DNA of 64,000 nt from Thermoplasmata archaeon (GTDB lineage: Archaea > Thermoplasmatota > Thermoplasmata > Lutacidiplasmatales > UBA184), in contig DASZAJ010000002.1 in the NCBI GenBank assembly GCA_035945215.1, forward strand, positions 133,057 through 197,056. Reading direction: 5' to 3'. A program made the translations under genes and the position numbers. Numbering within the stretch: the first letter of the stretch is position 1; the number at the start of each line of letters is the position of its first letter. This document shows, in pieces, positions 16,591-26,972 of this stretch. Under the pieces are notes generated by a model, which searched no databases, was not told the origin of the DNA, and saw only the letters and a program-made list of their open reading frames with translations.

Positions 16591-19500
16591 ATGGGGGTCC
16601 TTGCCGTTGCGGCGGTCCTTCTCCTCATGATGGCGGGGGTACCCACATCGGCAACTACCCCCGCTTCCGGAGGGAGCCCGCCGGGACCTTCCCTGTCGAA
16701 GGCGATCACCGCACCTCCGATCCACTCGGTCTCACAGATCGTCAGAACCCCCACCTCGGGCCCGGGGTACCAGTCGCTCTGCCTGTTGGGCATGCTGCGG
16801 GGGTGTTCGCCCGACGGCGGCGCCGCCCCGGTCGTTCCGACGCCTCTCGCCTCGCGACCCTCGTCCTGGGCGAACATCACGCCCATGAGCCCAGGGCCGA
16901 ACCCTTCTGAGCGTTTGCTTACCTCGATGACCTACTACCCGACTGGTCACGACGTGCTACTGTTCGGAGGGTACGGATGCACCCTTGTCTGCAACGACAC
17001 ATGGTCGTTCGCCCATGGGAACTGGACCGACCTAGTTCCGAGCTCGACCTGCACTAGCACCACATGCCCCTCGCCTCGGGCCGACGCGATGATGGCCTAC
17101 TATGCCCCGCTCGGAGGCGTTCTCCTATTCGGCGGTGGCCTCTCGTTCTTCGGCGTGACCCACGCGTTCGGCGACACGTGGCTCTTCCAGGGCGGAGCTT
17201 GGCGCAACATCAGCGGCACAGTCGGCACAGCGCCATCCCCCCGATTCGACGGGGCGATGACCTGGGATTCCCTCGACAACTACGTCCTGTTGTTCGGGGG
17301 CTCGCTCGCGACCGGAGCGACGCTCGGGGACACTTGGATCTTCAACGGAACATGGCACAACATCTCGGCTTCGGTCGGGACGTCGCCCCCGTCGCCGCGA
17401 GCCGGGATGGCCATCGCGAATTCTCCGTCGGGGTACATCCTCATGTACGGAGGGGAAGCGTGGAACGGGACTGCCTCGGTCATCCTCAACGACTTTCCGA
17501 CGTCCGGTTGCTTCCCCTTGCCCCATGTCGCATACTGGTTCTACGGTGGCGTCTGGAGCCCGATCAAGTACCCTGCGTGTCCCAACCTGCCTTTCCGACC
17601 GGCTGTCACGACCCCCGGAGATCCCCCACCTTGTGGCCGCACGGGGGCCGCTCTCGGATGGAGCCCGAAGAACGCACACTTCGTCCTCTACGGCGGCTAC
17701 GGAACGACGTTCACCACGACCTGCAGCGGCCCGATCCGAGAGCTCAACGACACGTGGACGTACACGGCGCCGCCGGGTACTTCGATCAACGGCTTTGCCT
17801 GGGCTCCCTCCGGGGATTCCGGCGACCCGTCGAACCGATCCACCATGGGTTACGCGGCCGACCTGACGGACGGTTACTTCGTCCTCTTCGGTGGGACGGA
17901 CGGAACGAATGCGTTCAACTCGACGTGGCGCTACTACGCCCTGGTCCATGCCCGCCTGACCGGACCCTCCGACATCGAGACCAATGCGAGCAAATTGGGC
18001 TTCACCGTCCCGTTCACCGTCTTCGGAGAGGGCGGGACCGGCACGCTTGAGTACGCCTTCTCGGTCCCATGGAAGCTGAACTCGAACCTCCTCACGGATA
18101 GCGGCAGCACGGGTTGCGCCGAGCTCTCGAACCAGACCGGGCTTGTTTACGGGCCCCTGCCGGGAATCGGGACCGCGCAGATCACCTGCACGCCGACCCC
18201 GCAGAGCTACAACCAGTACCGAGTGACGGTCCATGTTTGGGACGTCAACAACGTTTCCGACTCCGCCACCTCGGACTGGTCGTTCAGAGTGCATCCTCCG
18301 GAGACGATCGCGATCCACTCCCAATTCTCGGGGTACTTCTATTCCGGGGTCACCTTTCCGAACAAGTTCGCGGTATACACGACCACGGCGGGGGCGAACG
18401 CCGTCTCCGTCCGGGCCTCCCTCGGTGGCGTCGGCGTTCCATTCGTCCAACGCTCGGGCGCCGGACAATGGTGGGACGCCTCGGTAGACATCGGCACGAT
18501 CCCCTACGGGCCGCAGATCCTCCACGTCATCGCCACGTTCGCCAGCAATTGGACGCTCGACGCGAACTACACGGTGAACGTGATCGAGACTCCCGATTGG
18601 CTCCTCAGCGTGATCAAGTTCCCGCAGGTCACCCAGACGATCGCGACCAAGGGGGCGGGGCCGTTCAACGAGAGCTACTCGATCACGGAAGCGTTCCAGT
18701 GGTCGCTCGACAAGGCGCTCGGCTTCAACATCGAACTGCCGTTCGTGAAAGGGAATGTCTCCCTGATCCCGGCCATCACGGTCTCCCTCAAGGTGAACTC
18801 CGCCGGGAACCTGACCCTCGGGGGCAGCCTCTCGCTCAAGCCTCCCTCGATCGACCTCGGACCCGCCTCGGTCGGGATCACCCTCACCTTCGCCCTGAAA
18901 GCCACGTTCAAGATCGCCTCGGTCGGCGGCGAGATCCAAGGGATCACCTGGCAGACCGCGGTCGCGTCGTTCACTCTCGCGGGGAAGTTCAGCGCGTCGG
19001 TCCCGATCTACGGATTCAACATCCTCGGGGTCAAGGTCGGATTCACCCTCGAGGTCGAGGTCGATCCTTCGATCACGCTCGGGCTCGTCCTCGCCCCGAC
19101 GACGCCGGGCTTCGACGAGTTCATTTCCGGCATCCAGGTGAAGATCCAACAGTTCATCGGAAGCTTCACCCTCCCCCTCTCGCTCGCGGTCAACTTCGGG
19201 ATCGGGATCGCCTCGATCGGGATCGGCGGCCAGATATCGATCGCGGTCAATTTCGCGACGACGACGGGGCTCTACATCCCCGCCGGATGGATCAACGGGT
19301 CGATCTTCGTCGAGGCGAGCTTCCTCTGGTGGTCCGACCAGTGGGATCTCGCGAGCGGCACGATCTACTCCTGGACCAGCCCGCCCCCGCCGGTCGCCGT
19401 GGGCCTCGGTCCACCGCCACCGCCCCTGATCGCCCTCCCGGGCGCGGCGTACAACAACGGCACCAACACCACCTGGTCGATCCAGTCCCGCTACTACCTC

Positions 19501-20814
19501 TCTCCCTCCTACGACCGGAATGTGTGGTCGGCCGCGGGCAGCGCCGGCCCCGCGATCTCGGACATCTATCCGCACACGGAAGTGAGCACGGCCGCGGCGG
19601 CCGACGGAAGTTTCCTATTCTACACGAACGACAACGCCAACCTCTCGGCGTCGCAGGGCCTCGGCGTCTCCGCCCTTCGTCTCGATCCCACGACGAACGC
19701 CCTCTCCCGGCTTCCCGCGCCGAACGATCCGAACTTCATTCTCAGCTCCCCCCGTGCGACGACGCTTCCGGACGGCAGCATCTACCTCCTCTGGGATGCA
19801 CTTCCGATCGGCGAGACCGGCGTCGCGAGCCCGGCCTCCCTCACCACGCTCGAGCTTCATGGCGCGCGATTCGACCCGGTGAGCCACACGTGGGGTCCGA
19901 CCCGAACGTGGACCTCTTGGGGCCTCGCCCAATCGTATCGGGTGGATGCGACCGGGGGGGAGGACACCGTGGCCGCGCTGGTGAGTTCGGGGTACCTCCT
20001 CGGATCCACGTCCCCGGAGCATCTCGTCGTCTTCAACCTCGACACGGGCGCCGAGGTCGGGAACTCAAGCGTCCACGGACTTTCGACCGTGGTCTCCGTC
20101 CGCGGCGCCCTCGGGGAGGCGCTCGTCCAGGACGTCGGGGGGAACTACTCCACGGTCACCCTCGGCACCGGAACCTCGGCTCCGATCGGCTTCGCATCCC
20201 CGATCGGGGGCAGCCTCGTCTCGGCCGAGCTGGCGTCCGGCTCTCCGTCCACCGCCGTGCTTCTCTACCGGGCCTCGAACCGCTCGGTGCTCGCCCTCTA
20301 CGATCTCTCGACCGGTCAGACCGTAGCGAACCTCCCGCTCGGCGAGGATGCCTTCGAGGCGGAGGCGGTGGCGAGCGGCTCGAACTACGATGTGTTCGTC
20401 CGGACTCCTGCGGGGATTCAGGGCTGGCTCGAAGCTGGAGGGGCCTTCACGAACCTCACGGACTCACCCGGCAGCGGGGTCGTGAGTTACAGCCTCGTCC
20501 AGGACGGGAGCGGCCTCGTGATCGACTCCCTGGTGGCGTCGGGCCCTTCGTCGACTCCGACCCTGACGTTGTACTTCTCGGAGGTCGGGGCCAGTCTGCC
20601 ACCGATCACCCGGACTCCGTCGCCCCCCGTCGCGGGCTCGCACTCCACCTCCCCCAACTATCCCCTCTATCTCGGGATCGTCGCGGCGGCCGACGTCCTC
20701 CTCCTCGCGGTCGTGGCCGTGTGGGCGAACCGCCGTTCCCGCCCCCCCGCCTCGCCTCCGAGCCCACCGACCGCACCCGTGACGCCTCCCCCGCCTGGAT
20801 CGGAGCCCGGATGA
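16591..20814 (+). CDS. Giant cell-surface protein: signal peptide, Kelch-type beta-propeller repeats, a Gly/Ile-rich beta-hairpin-like central domain, and a C-terminal TM anchor
   Basis: ATG 16591 gives 'MGVLAVAAVLLLMMAGVPTSA'. Repeated 'VLLFGGY...NDTW' Kelch motifs span about 16900-17950. The C-terminus 'LYLGIVAAADVLLLAVVAVWANRRSRPP' plus a Pro-rich tail. The long antisense ORF 17125..19575 is Arg/Asp-rich noise. Confidence 0.75.
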   Translation: MGVLAVAAVLLLMMAGVPTSATTPASGGSPPGPSLSKAITAPPIHSVSQIVRTPTSGPGYQSLCLLGMLRGCSPDGGAAPVVPTPLASRPSSWANITPMSPGPNPSERLLTSMTYYPTGHDVLLFGGYGCTLVCNDTWSFAHGNWTDLVPSSTCTSTTCPSPRADAMMAYYAPLGGVLLFGGGLSFFGVTHAFGDTWLFQGGAWRNISGTVGTAPSPRFDGAMTWDSLDNYVLLFGGSLATGATLGDTWIFNGTWHNISASVGTSPPSPRAGMAIANSPSGYILMYGGEAWNGTASVILNDFPTSGCFPLPHVAYWFYGGVWSPIKYPACPNLPFRPAVTTPGDPPPCGRTGAALGWSPKNAHFVLYGGYGTTFTTTCSGPIRELNDTWTYTAPPGTSINGFAWAPSGDSGDPSNRSTMGYAADLTDGYFVLFGGTDGTNAFNSTWRYYALVHARLTGPSDIETNASKLGFTVPFTVFGEGGTGTLEYAFSVPWKLNSNLLTDSGSTGCAELSNQTGLVYGPLPGIGTAQITCTPTPQSYNQYRVTVHVWDVNNVSDSATSDWSFRVHPPETIAIHSQFSGYFYSGVTFPNKFAVYTTTAGANAVSVRASLGGVGVPFVQRSGAGQWWDASVDIGTIPYGPQILHVIATFASNWTLDANYTVNVIETPDWLLSVIKFPQVTQTIATKGAGPFNESYSITEAFQWSLDKALGFNIELPFVKGNVSLIPAITVSLKVNSAGNLTLGGSLSLKPPSIDLGPASVGITLTFALKATFKIASVGGEIQGITWQTAVASFTLAGKFSASVPIYGFNILGVKVGFTLEVEVDPSITLGLVLAPTTPGFDEFISGIQVKIQQFIGSFTLPLSLAVNFGIGIASIGIGGQISIAVNFATTTGLYIPAGWINGSIFVEASFLWWSDQWDLASGTIYSWTSPPPPVAVGLGPPPPPLIALPGAAYNNGTNTTWSIQSRYYLSPSYDRNVWSAAGSAGPAISDIYPHTEVSTAAAADGSFLFYTNDNANLSASQGLGVSALRLDPTTNALSRLPAPNDPNFILSSPRATTLPDGSIYLLWDALPIGETGVASPASLTTLELHGARFDPVSHTWGPTRTWTSWGLAQSYRVDATGGEDTVAALVSSGYLLGSTSPEHLVVFNLDTGAEVGNSSVHGLSTVVSVRGALGEALVQDVGGNYSTVTLGTGTSAPIGFASPIGGSLVSAELASGSPSTAVLLYRASNRSVLALYDLSTGQTVANLPLGEDAFEAEAVASGSNYDVFVRTPAGIQGWLEAGGAFTNLTDSPGSGVVSYSLVQDGSGLVIDSLVASGPSSTPTLTLYFSEVGASLPPITRTPSPPVAGSHSTSPNYPLYLGIVAAADVLLLAVVAVWANRRSRPPASPPSPPTAPVTPPPPGSEPG

Positions 20815-22931
20815 GGGTGCTCTTCGGAAGGATGGGGGGCAGCCGGTCTCGTCGCTCCAGGACCCTGGGGCCGGTTCTCGTCGTCGCCGTGTGCCTGATC
20901 TTGGTCCTTCCGTTGGGCGGTTCCGAAGGACGCTCCCTCGTGTTCCCCCCCGCGGTTCGAGGGCCAACTCTCTCTGCCTTCGGGGCGATCCATACCCAAC
21001 TATCCTCCCCCCCGAAAGCGACGGAGACGCACCGTGGAATCGGCCCTGGGAATGCCATTCCCCTGGAATGGGTCAATGTTACCCAGACCGCGCCTGGTTC
21101 CGCACCACCCAGTGCGTCCGCGGGTTCGATGGCCTACGACCCCTTGGATCACGAGACGGTCTATTTCGGCGGCTGCCTGAGGTTGGTCTGCGCGACCAAC
21201 CAGACCTGGGTCTTCTCGGGGGGCACGTGGCTCAACCTCACCGATCCCCACGATGCACCGCCCGCACGGTACGGGGCCACCATGGACTACGATGGGAACA
21301 TGGGCGGCCTCCTGCTGTTCGGGGGGTACGGCTCCAGCTCGTACCTCGATGACACCTGGTTCTTTCACGCGGGGGTCTGGACCAACCTCTCCCCTACCCT
21401 CGCGACGAATCCTCCCGCGCGAGTTGACGCCAGCATGGCGTTCGTTCCCGATCCCGAGGAGAACGGGTCGGTCCTCTTCGGCGGGTACGAACCCGGACTC
21501 GGCGGCTGGGCCAACGACACCTGGATCTGGCACGGCGCTGCGGGTTGGGTCCTTCTCCAGCCGAGCGGTCCGGTCCCGCCGCCCTCCGGACACACCCAGA
21601 TGGCCTACGATCCCGTCGAAGGCGCCCTCGTCCTTTTCGGCTGCGGCTACGGGGGCTGCGCGGTGCCCAATCAGACGTGGGAGCTCTACTCCGGGCAATG
21701 GTGGCATGTCGTCCCCCCAAGTCCCGTCCCTCCGTACCGTTCCGATGCGTCGATGACCTACGACGCCGGCCTCTCGGCGATCGTCCTGTTCGGAGGGCTG
21801 GGCGCTTCGGGCTACCTCAGCGATACCTGGAAGTTCGCCGGCGGCGTTTGGGCGAAGCTTTCGGTCGGGATCGCGCCGCCCGCTCGCTCCTCCGCCATGA
21901 TGGCCTCCGATTCGGGGGGATCTCCCCCGGTGCTCTTCGGCGGCGCTAACGGTCGCCTCTCCAGTCTCAACGATACGTGGGTGCTCGAGGCCCCCCCTAC
22001 CGTCGGGATCTCGGCGACCCCGACGATGGCCGAGACCTCCACCCCCGTGACCCTCAACGCGAGCGCGTCGGGCGGAACCTACCCGTATCGGGTGGTCTTT
22101 GCGTTCGGGGATGGTGCGAGCGCCGTGGCCGCGGTCTCGGCGATTCTCCCCACGGGGTTCGTGTTCACGGCCGCCCACAGCTACCTGAAAGCCGGCGCCT
22201 ACTCGCCCTCGGTGAACCTGACCGATGCCTTGGGGGCCCTCGTGACGAGCCGGGTCGTCCCTGCGGTCCTGGTCACCCGGGGACCGACCGTAGGTCCCCC
22301 CTCCGAACCCGGATCGGGCGATGTCGGACTCGCGCTCTCCTTCCAAGGGGGGCCGGTCACGAACGGCACCCCGCCCTTCCGATTCGACTGGTCGTTCGGG
22401 GACGGAGGCACGGCTACGGGACAGAATGCGAGTCACACGTTCACGGCGCCGGGAATCTTCAGCGGGAACCTGACCGTGACCGACGCGCTGGGCGGAAGTT
22501 CGGTGGCGAGCTTCACCGAGATCATCCACCCCATCCCGGCCGCCACCATCGCGGTCACGCCCCACGCGCCGGTCACGGGAACTGTGACGACGTTCTTCGA
22601 GAACGTCACGGGAGGGAGTGCGCCGTTCCGATACACCTGGAGGTTCGGCGACGGCGGGACGAGCACGGTCCCCTCTCCCCAGCACGTCTTCACCACCGCG
22701 GGCAGCTTCACGGTCGAGCTCTGGGTGAACGACTCGCTCGGCGCCTCCGCCCACCAGAGCCTCATCGTGCCGTTGGCGCCGGGCCCGTCGACGCCTCCGG
22801 CCACGAACTCCAGTGGGGGCTCCACGGGCGCTCCCGGGTGGTTCTGGCCCGGTATCGGCGCGCTCGTGGTCGTAGGTGCGCTCGGGGGTTTCCTCTTGCT
22901 TCGCCGGGGTCGATCGACGAAGCGGGTTTGA
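20811..22931 (+). CDS. Cell-surface protein with Kelch repeats and PKD domains, C-terminal TM anchor
   Basis: ATG 20811 overlaps the upstream stop (ATGA) and gives the signal 'MRVLFGRMGGSRSRRSRTLGPVLVVAVCLILVLPLGG'. Kelch motifs 'LLLFGGYGSSSYLDDTW', 'VLFGGYEPG..NDTW'. PKD-like 'FDWSFGDGGTATGQNASHTFTAPGIFSGNLTVTDALG' x3. The C-terminus is 'WPGIGALVVVGALGGFLLLRRG'. Track ORF 18114..22931 is this gene plus an out-of-frame read-through of the upstream gene. Confidence 0.75.
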   Translation: MRVLFGRMGGSRSRRSRTLGPVLVVAVCLILVLPLGGSEGRSLVFPPAVRGPTLSAFGAIHTQLSSPPKATETHRGIGPGNAIPLEWVNVTQTAPGSAPPSASAGSMAYDPLDHETVYFGGCLRLVCATNQTWVFSGGTWLNLTDPHDAPPARYGATMDYDGNMGGLLLFGGYGSSSYLDDTWFFHAGVWTNLSPTLATNPPARVDASMAFVPDPEENGSVLFGGYEPGLGGWANDTWIWHGAAGWVLLQPSGPVPPPSGHTQMAYDPVEGALVLFGCGYGGCAVPNQTWELYSGQWWHVVPPSPVPPYRSDASMTYDAGLSAIVLFGGLGASGYLSDTWKFAGGVWAKLSVGIAPPARSSAMMASDSGGSPPVLFGGANGRLSSLNDTWVLEAPPTVGISATPTMAETSTPVTLNASASGGTYPYRVVFAFGDGASAVAAVSAILPTGFVFTAAHSYLKAGAYSPSVNLTDALGALVTSRVVPAVLVTRGPTVGPPSEPGSGDVGLALSFQGGPVTNGTPPFRFDWSFGDGGTATGQNASHTFTAPGIFSGNLTVTDALGGSSVASFTEIIHPIPAATIAVTPHAPVTGTVTTFFENVTGGSAPFRYTWRFGDGGTSTVPSPQHVFTTAGSFTVELWVNDSLGASAHQSLIVPLAPGPSTPPATNSSGGSTGAPGWFWPGIGALVVVGALGGFLLLRRGRSTKRV

Positions 22932-23366
22932 ACCGGCCCGCGCCTCCGTGAGGTCCTCCGAGACACCCGATGAGGTCGATCGGACCCCGCCGTTGGCTGG
23001 CATAGGACGTTCGCCTCCCCAACAATCCGCCCGGCGACGGCCAACGCGGTGGATAGGCATCCGCCGGGCGGCGCGAGTTCGGTGAGTTCCCGAGCCAGCC
23101 CGATTATCCGCTCCGGGATCTCCGGGTCTCGGTTCAAAAAGGCACCCCGACTTTCCGTCGACGAGACGTTCCCAATTCTGACGTCGCGCACGGCCCGAAC
23201 TCCGAGGTCGAATCGAGCCCAGATTGGAAAGCTCCAACCAGGAAAAGTCCCCCCCCAATTCATCTCCTGCGCGTCTTGGCTACCCCGGCGCGTCGAGTAC
23301 TGAATCGGTGGCGATGGCAATTTATTCCCCATAAAGGGTAATAAGTCAGCGATTCCTCAGGAATCC

Positions 23367-23816
23367 ATGCGGATCGACCCCCGCCTCACCGTGCTATTCG
23401 GCAGTGAGACGCGAGTCCGAACTCTCGCCGTGCTCGCGGGGGCCCATCGTCCCATGACTCCCTATAGGGTCGGAAAGGTGGGATCGATCCCGATGGCGAA
23501 GGTTTACCGTGAGATCGCGCGGCTCGGCCGGGCCGGCCTACTTCGACAGGAGGGGGGCGGTTGGATTCTAGTCAACGATGACCTTCGCCGGTTCCTCTTG
23601 AGGCGGATTCGGGTTGCCTGGGGCAAGGATTGGTTCCAAGAACGGAGCCAACGGGCCTCGAGGGAGACCATTATTTTGGAACGGCTACGTCGGATCCCCC
23701 ACCCCCGGCCCCCAGAAGGCTGGAAGCCGAGAACCCCGAAACGATTCGACCGGTCTCCGATCAAGGACCAGATCCTGCAAGAGATGGGTCTACGGGCCTC
23801 CCTCCATGCTGACTAG
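23367..23816 (+). CDS. AbiEi-like winged-helix antitoxin/transcriptional regulator
   Basis: N-terminal wHTH 'RTLAVLAGAHRPMTPYRVGKVGSIPMAKVYREIARLGRAGLL'. It overlaps the downstream NTase-like gene by 11 nt. Confidence 0.45.
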   Translation: MRIDPRLTVLFGSETRVRTLAVLAGAHRPMTPYRVGKVGSIPMAKVYREIARLGRAGLLRQEGGGWILVNDDLRRFLLRRIRVAWGKDWFQERSQRASRETIILERLRRIPHPRPPEGWKPRTPKRFDRSPIKDQILQEMGLRASLHAD

Positions 23817-24396
23817 GTTGGAATTCGACGCGTTACTACGACCGGTTTCCGATCCGGGTAAGCGGATCGCCCTATTCGGGGCGCTTCTGGCCCGCGAGTC
23901 GGGGCTTAACGCCAAGCTCGAGGTCACGGGCGGTTCCGCGATGACCGTCTATTCTCAGAGCCGGATCTCGTCGGCCGACGTGGATATTGTTGGCGATCGA
24001 CGAAGGATCGTCCCGGTCCTCAGGCGCTGGGGATTCATCGCTCAGGAGGATCCGGAAGACGGCCGCGTGTATTGGCGCCGCGAGGATCATTCGCTCGCCG
24101 TCGACATCGTCCGCCGCGGGCGTCGGGCCGGATCTGGGAGGTCGGGCACATCTCGCGTAATCGCGACCGAGGCGGGCGACGTCTACCTGACCGCCATCGA
24201 GGATCTGATCGTACGGCGCCTCGTGTTTTGGAGCCGGGATGGGACGCCGGCCCTCCTTGATCATGCCGTGCTGCTGTTCCTGGAACACAGCGACGAAATC
24301 GACCTCGACTACCTCGAATTCGAGGTTCGCTACGAGAAGATCGATGTCGCCTACCGCGAACTTCGACGACTCGCCGAAGCCGCGGGCCGCAAGTGA
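23806..24396 (+). CDS. AbiEii-like nucleotidyltransferase-fold protein (type IV TA toxin-like)
   Basis: 'LEVTGGSAMTVYSQSRISSADVDIVGD' is the GGSA...DxD NTase motif. ATG 23806 lies inside the longer track ORF 23614..24396, whose N-terminus is Gly/Pro/Arg-rich and probably not coding. Confidence 0.5.
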   Translation: MLTRLEFDALLRPVSDPGKRIALFGALLARESGLNAKLEVTGGSAMTVYSQSRISSADVDIVGDRRRIVPVLRRWGFIAQEDPEDGRVYWRREDHSLAVDIVRRGRRAGSGRSGTSRVIATEAGDVYLTAIEDLIVRRLVFWSRDGTPALLDHAVLLFLEHSDEIDLDYLEFEVRYEKIDVAYRELRRLAEAAGRK

Positions 24397-24618
24397 TTCT
24401 CCCCCCCTAGTAGCTCCCGAGAACGTTGGCCCTTCTCGCCCCCTAATGGGGCCTAGCCCAGAGGCGACGTCCCGACTGGGTCCTCCGGCCCGATCTCGGG
24501 AAACCGATCCGGGTCGACTCGGCCGGGGGATGAACCCGGAAAGAGTGGGGCCAAGAACCAAAGGGCAAACACGCGAATGCGCTCGTCAGAACGTGCGCCA
24601 GAGTTTCGGATGTCGGCT

Positions 24619-24972
24619 CTACGTCTTCGCGAACCGAACGCGTCGGAGCGATTTCGCGATCTTCGGGAGGTCGTCTCGGACGAAGCGCCATAGCTTCTCG
24701 GGATCGTACGAGCGCTCGTACCGGTGCGAAATCTCATTTCGGATCTCGAAAATGGGGCGCCAAGGGATCTGAGGGTTCGCGTTTCGAAACGAAACTCCCA
24801 GCGCGTTCGCGGCTTCTTCGAACCGTTCGAACTGCCGCTCTATCGTGGCTTGGGCCCCGCTTTCGGGGTCCACAAAGGCCTCGTGGCCCTTCGAGACCCA
24901 GTGCGCTACGGTTTGACAGTACTGGACCATGTCGTCGACGAGAATCCGGGGCGTGGCGGCCGTGCGCCTCAC
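24619..24972 (-). CDS. HepT-like (DUF86, HEPN) toxin, second copy
   Basis: 'RNEISHRYERSYDPEKLWRFVRDDLPKIAKSL' is Rx4HxY. It is roughly 45% identical to 6925..7263. Confidence 0.7.
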   Translation of the reverse strand: MRRTAATPRILVDDMVQYCQTVAHWVSKGHEAFVDPESGAQATIERQFERFEEAANALGVSFRNANPQIPWRPIFEIRNEISHRYERSYDPEKLWRFVRDDLPKIAKSLRRVRFAKT

Positions 24973-25430
24973 AGATCCACTGCCTCGGCCAGAATCTGGG
25001 GGCGGATCGCCCAGTGAAGGTTCCTCTCCTCCACCGTGTCCACCCTCCGTCCAAGCAGGTCCTGGAGCGCGAGGCGGAACTCAGCGACGTCGAGGAGGGA
25101 AGTGTCGTTCCCCCAATCTATGAGGAAGTCGAGATCGCTGTCGGCATCGGCCTCCCGGCGTCGGACCGATCCGAAGACGCGTATTCTGCGAGCGCCGAAC
25201 TTTTTCGCCAACAGACGAATTTCCTTCCGGCGTGGGGCCAATAGCTCCTCAAGCCCGAGCCCTTCGCCGAGGCGTACCTCGCCGATCCTCGGGGAGGCCC
25301 AGTTGGTCGATTTGCAGCGAGGGCAGACCCTTGGCCGCCGGTAGCGCATCCGCCACGTGTAGATGCATCGATAGCAGTGGCCGAAACGGACCAGCCGTCG
25401 AGTCATTCCCGCCACCCACCCTTCCATCAT
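24969..25430 (-). CDS. MntA-like nucleotidyltransferase with N-terminal zinc ribbon, second copy
   Basis: 'HCYRCIYTWRMRYRRPRVCPRCKS' + 'IRVFGSVRRREADADSDLDFLID'. The two copies show about 55% identity, by eye. Confidence 0.7.
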   Translation of the reverse strand: MMEGWVAGMTRRLVRFGHCYRCIYTWRMRYRRPRVCPRCKSTNWASPRIGEVRLGEGLGLEELLAPRRKEIRLLAKKFGARRIRVFGSVRRREADADSDLDFLIDWGNDTSLLDVAEFRLALQDLLGRRVDTVEERNLHWAIRPQILAEAVDL

Positions 25431-25620
25431 TGGCCATACAGCCTACTTAGGGCTATCGGCGGAAGTAAGACTCACCGCCTGCAGACCGGCTGATGTCGTC
25501 GTCGGAAACCCGAGCCCTGTTGTGGCCGAATACCACAACCGTCGGTCGATCGACGAGCACGGCCGAGCCTGGCGGGACGTCGGTCGACACTCGATGGCCG
25601 TCGACGCTTTCCGGTTTCTG

Positions 25621-26751
25621 CTAGCGGGTAGCCTTGGCGTGGTAGCGCCGACTTCGTGGCCACCGCTCACGAGCGGGCGGTCTCGTCGCCTCGGAAACAT
25701 ACACTCGGACCATCGGATCCACGAGCTCGTACCGTCCTTCGGTCCGGCGTAGCAGCGCCCCCGCCTCGAGCGCTTGTAGGACCCGTTGAACCGCCCCGTC
25801 ATTCACCGGCCCGCCCGTCGCTCGGTCCATGGATTCCCGGATGGTGACCCAAGAGGCCCCGAGCGCGGCGGACTTCAGGGCGGCCCAATACAGCGGAACG
25901 TCGTGCGACCCGAAGAAATGGGCCAACTCCGATTCCGCCACCTTCTTTCCTTCCCGGATGGTCTCCTTCAACGCCGACTCCGGGGACAGCCGTCGAACGG
26001 CCAGATGATTCCCGTAGAGAGTCAACCAGCCCGGAGTTCCGTCGAGCGGGCCGTCGAGTGCGCGGGCGAGGTCGGCGGGGTTCAGCGGGACGCTCGACTC
26101 CTTGGCCCCCCGCAGGAGGAACCGCTCGCTCGTCGACCGGTCGAACGGTCCGAGGGGAAAGGCGACCGGGGCGCGGCCGAAGAGCGGCGAGCTCGTGGTC
26201 GGTTCCAAGAGGGTCCGAACGAGGCCGATCCGCGAGCCGGTGAAAATGAACCCCAATTTGGGCCGCGAGTTGAACAGGTTCCCGAGGAGCTTCAGCAGCG
26301 CCCCGGCATTGGCGGAGAGCTCCTGGACCTCATCCAGGACGACCAGGCAAGAGCCCGGCTCGGTACCGAGGAGATTGAGCAGATCCCACGCGGACTTCAA
26401 TGGCCGGCGGGAAGCGGTCAGCGAGAATCCCCCGGGGCCCACCGCGAACCCTTCGACCCGTTGGGCCGCGCGGGCGAGCCGGGAGCGAAGAGAGGCGGAC
26501 TCATTGAGCCCGGCGATCAACCCTTCGACCAGTCCGGAAACGGTCCGGACCCCCCAGAGGTTTACGTACGCCCCCGGCAGTCCCAACCGATTCCGGACGG
26601 CTTTGACGAGGCTAGTCTTCCCGACCATTCGTGGACCCAGGACCACCACCCATCGATGGGCCTCCACCAATCGGCGGAGCTCGGCCAGTTCCCGCTCTCG
26701 GCCGAAGAGCTCACCGGCCGTCTCCTTCGGGGCCAGGTCAAAGAGCGCCAT
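25621..26751 (-). CDS. Archaeal-type AAA+ ATPase (Arch_ATPase family, PF01637-like)
   Basis: Walker A 'VLGPRMVGKTSLVK', Walker B 'CLVVLDEVQEL', and a C-terminal wHTH-like region, as in the PF01637 family. Confidence 0.7.
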   Translation of the reverse strand: MALFDLAPKETAGELFGRERELAELRRLVEAHRWVVVLGPRMVGKTSLVKAVRNRLGLPGAYVNLWGVRTVSGLVEGLIAGLNESASLRSRLARAAQRVEGFAVGPGGFSLTASRRPLKSAWDLLNLLGTEPGSCLVVLDEVQELSANAGALLKLLGNLFNSRPKLGFIFTGSRIGLVRTLLEPTTSSPLFGRAPVAFPLGPFDRSTSERFLLRGAKESSVPLNPADLARALDGPLDGTPGWLTLYGNHLAVRRLSPESALKETIREGKKVAESELAHFFGSHDVPLYWAALKSAALGASWVTIRESMDRATGGPVNDGAVQRVLQALEAGALLRRTEGRYELVDPMVRVYVSEATRPPARERWPRSRRYHAKATR

Positions 26752-26972
26752 CGCTTATGGTCCACAAGTTATTGTGACCCATAAGTAGTTTGCCGCCGCG
26801 AAGGGCGATGCGCCCGCCTCGGAGCGCCGGTCGCCGATGCGGGTCCAAGAAACCGCGCCCGTTGTTGCGGAGTATCCGGGACGCCCGCTTGGCGTAGCCA
26901 TTTGAAGCGAGGAATAATCTTCGATCCGCTAGACTCACCGCTTCGTTCCCGGCGAACCCCGGCCAGAGGGAT

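Noticed and set aside
17125-19575. 816-aa minus-strand ORF antisense to the Kelch surface-protein gene. Similar long antisense or off-frame ORFs occur at 21000-23258, 34206-35612, 37547-39124, 39186-41276, 41340-43100, 44981..45690 shadows and elsewhere.
   Set aside because: The translations are dominated by Arg/Gly/Pro/Asp runs without secondary-structure periodicity, which is typical of stop-codon-poor alternative frames in about 68% GC DNA. The opposite strand or frame carries proteins with clear domain motifs.
18114-22931. 1605-aa ORF suggesting a single giant protein
   Set aside because: Its first 900 residues are an out-of-frame read across the 16591-20814 gene. The real gene begins at ATG 20811 with a signal peptide, overlapping the upstream stop.
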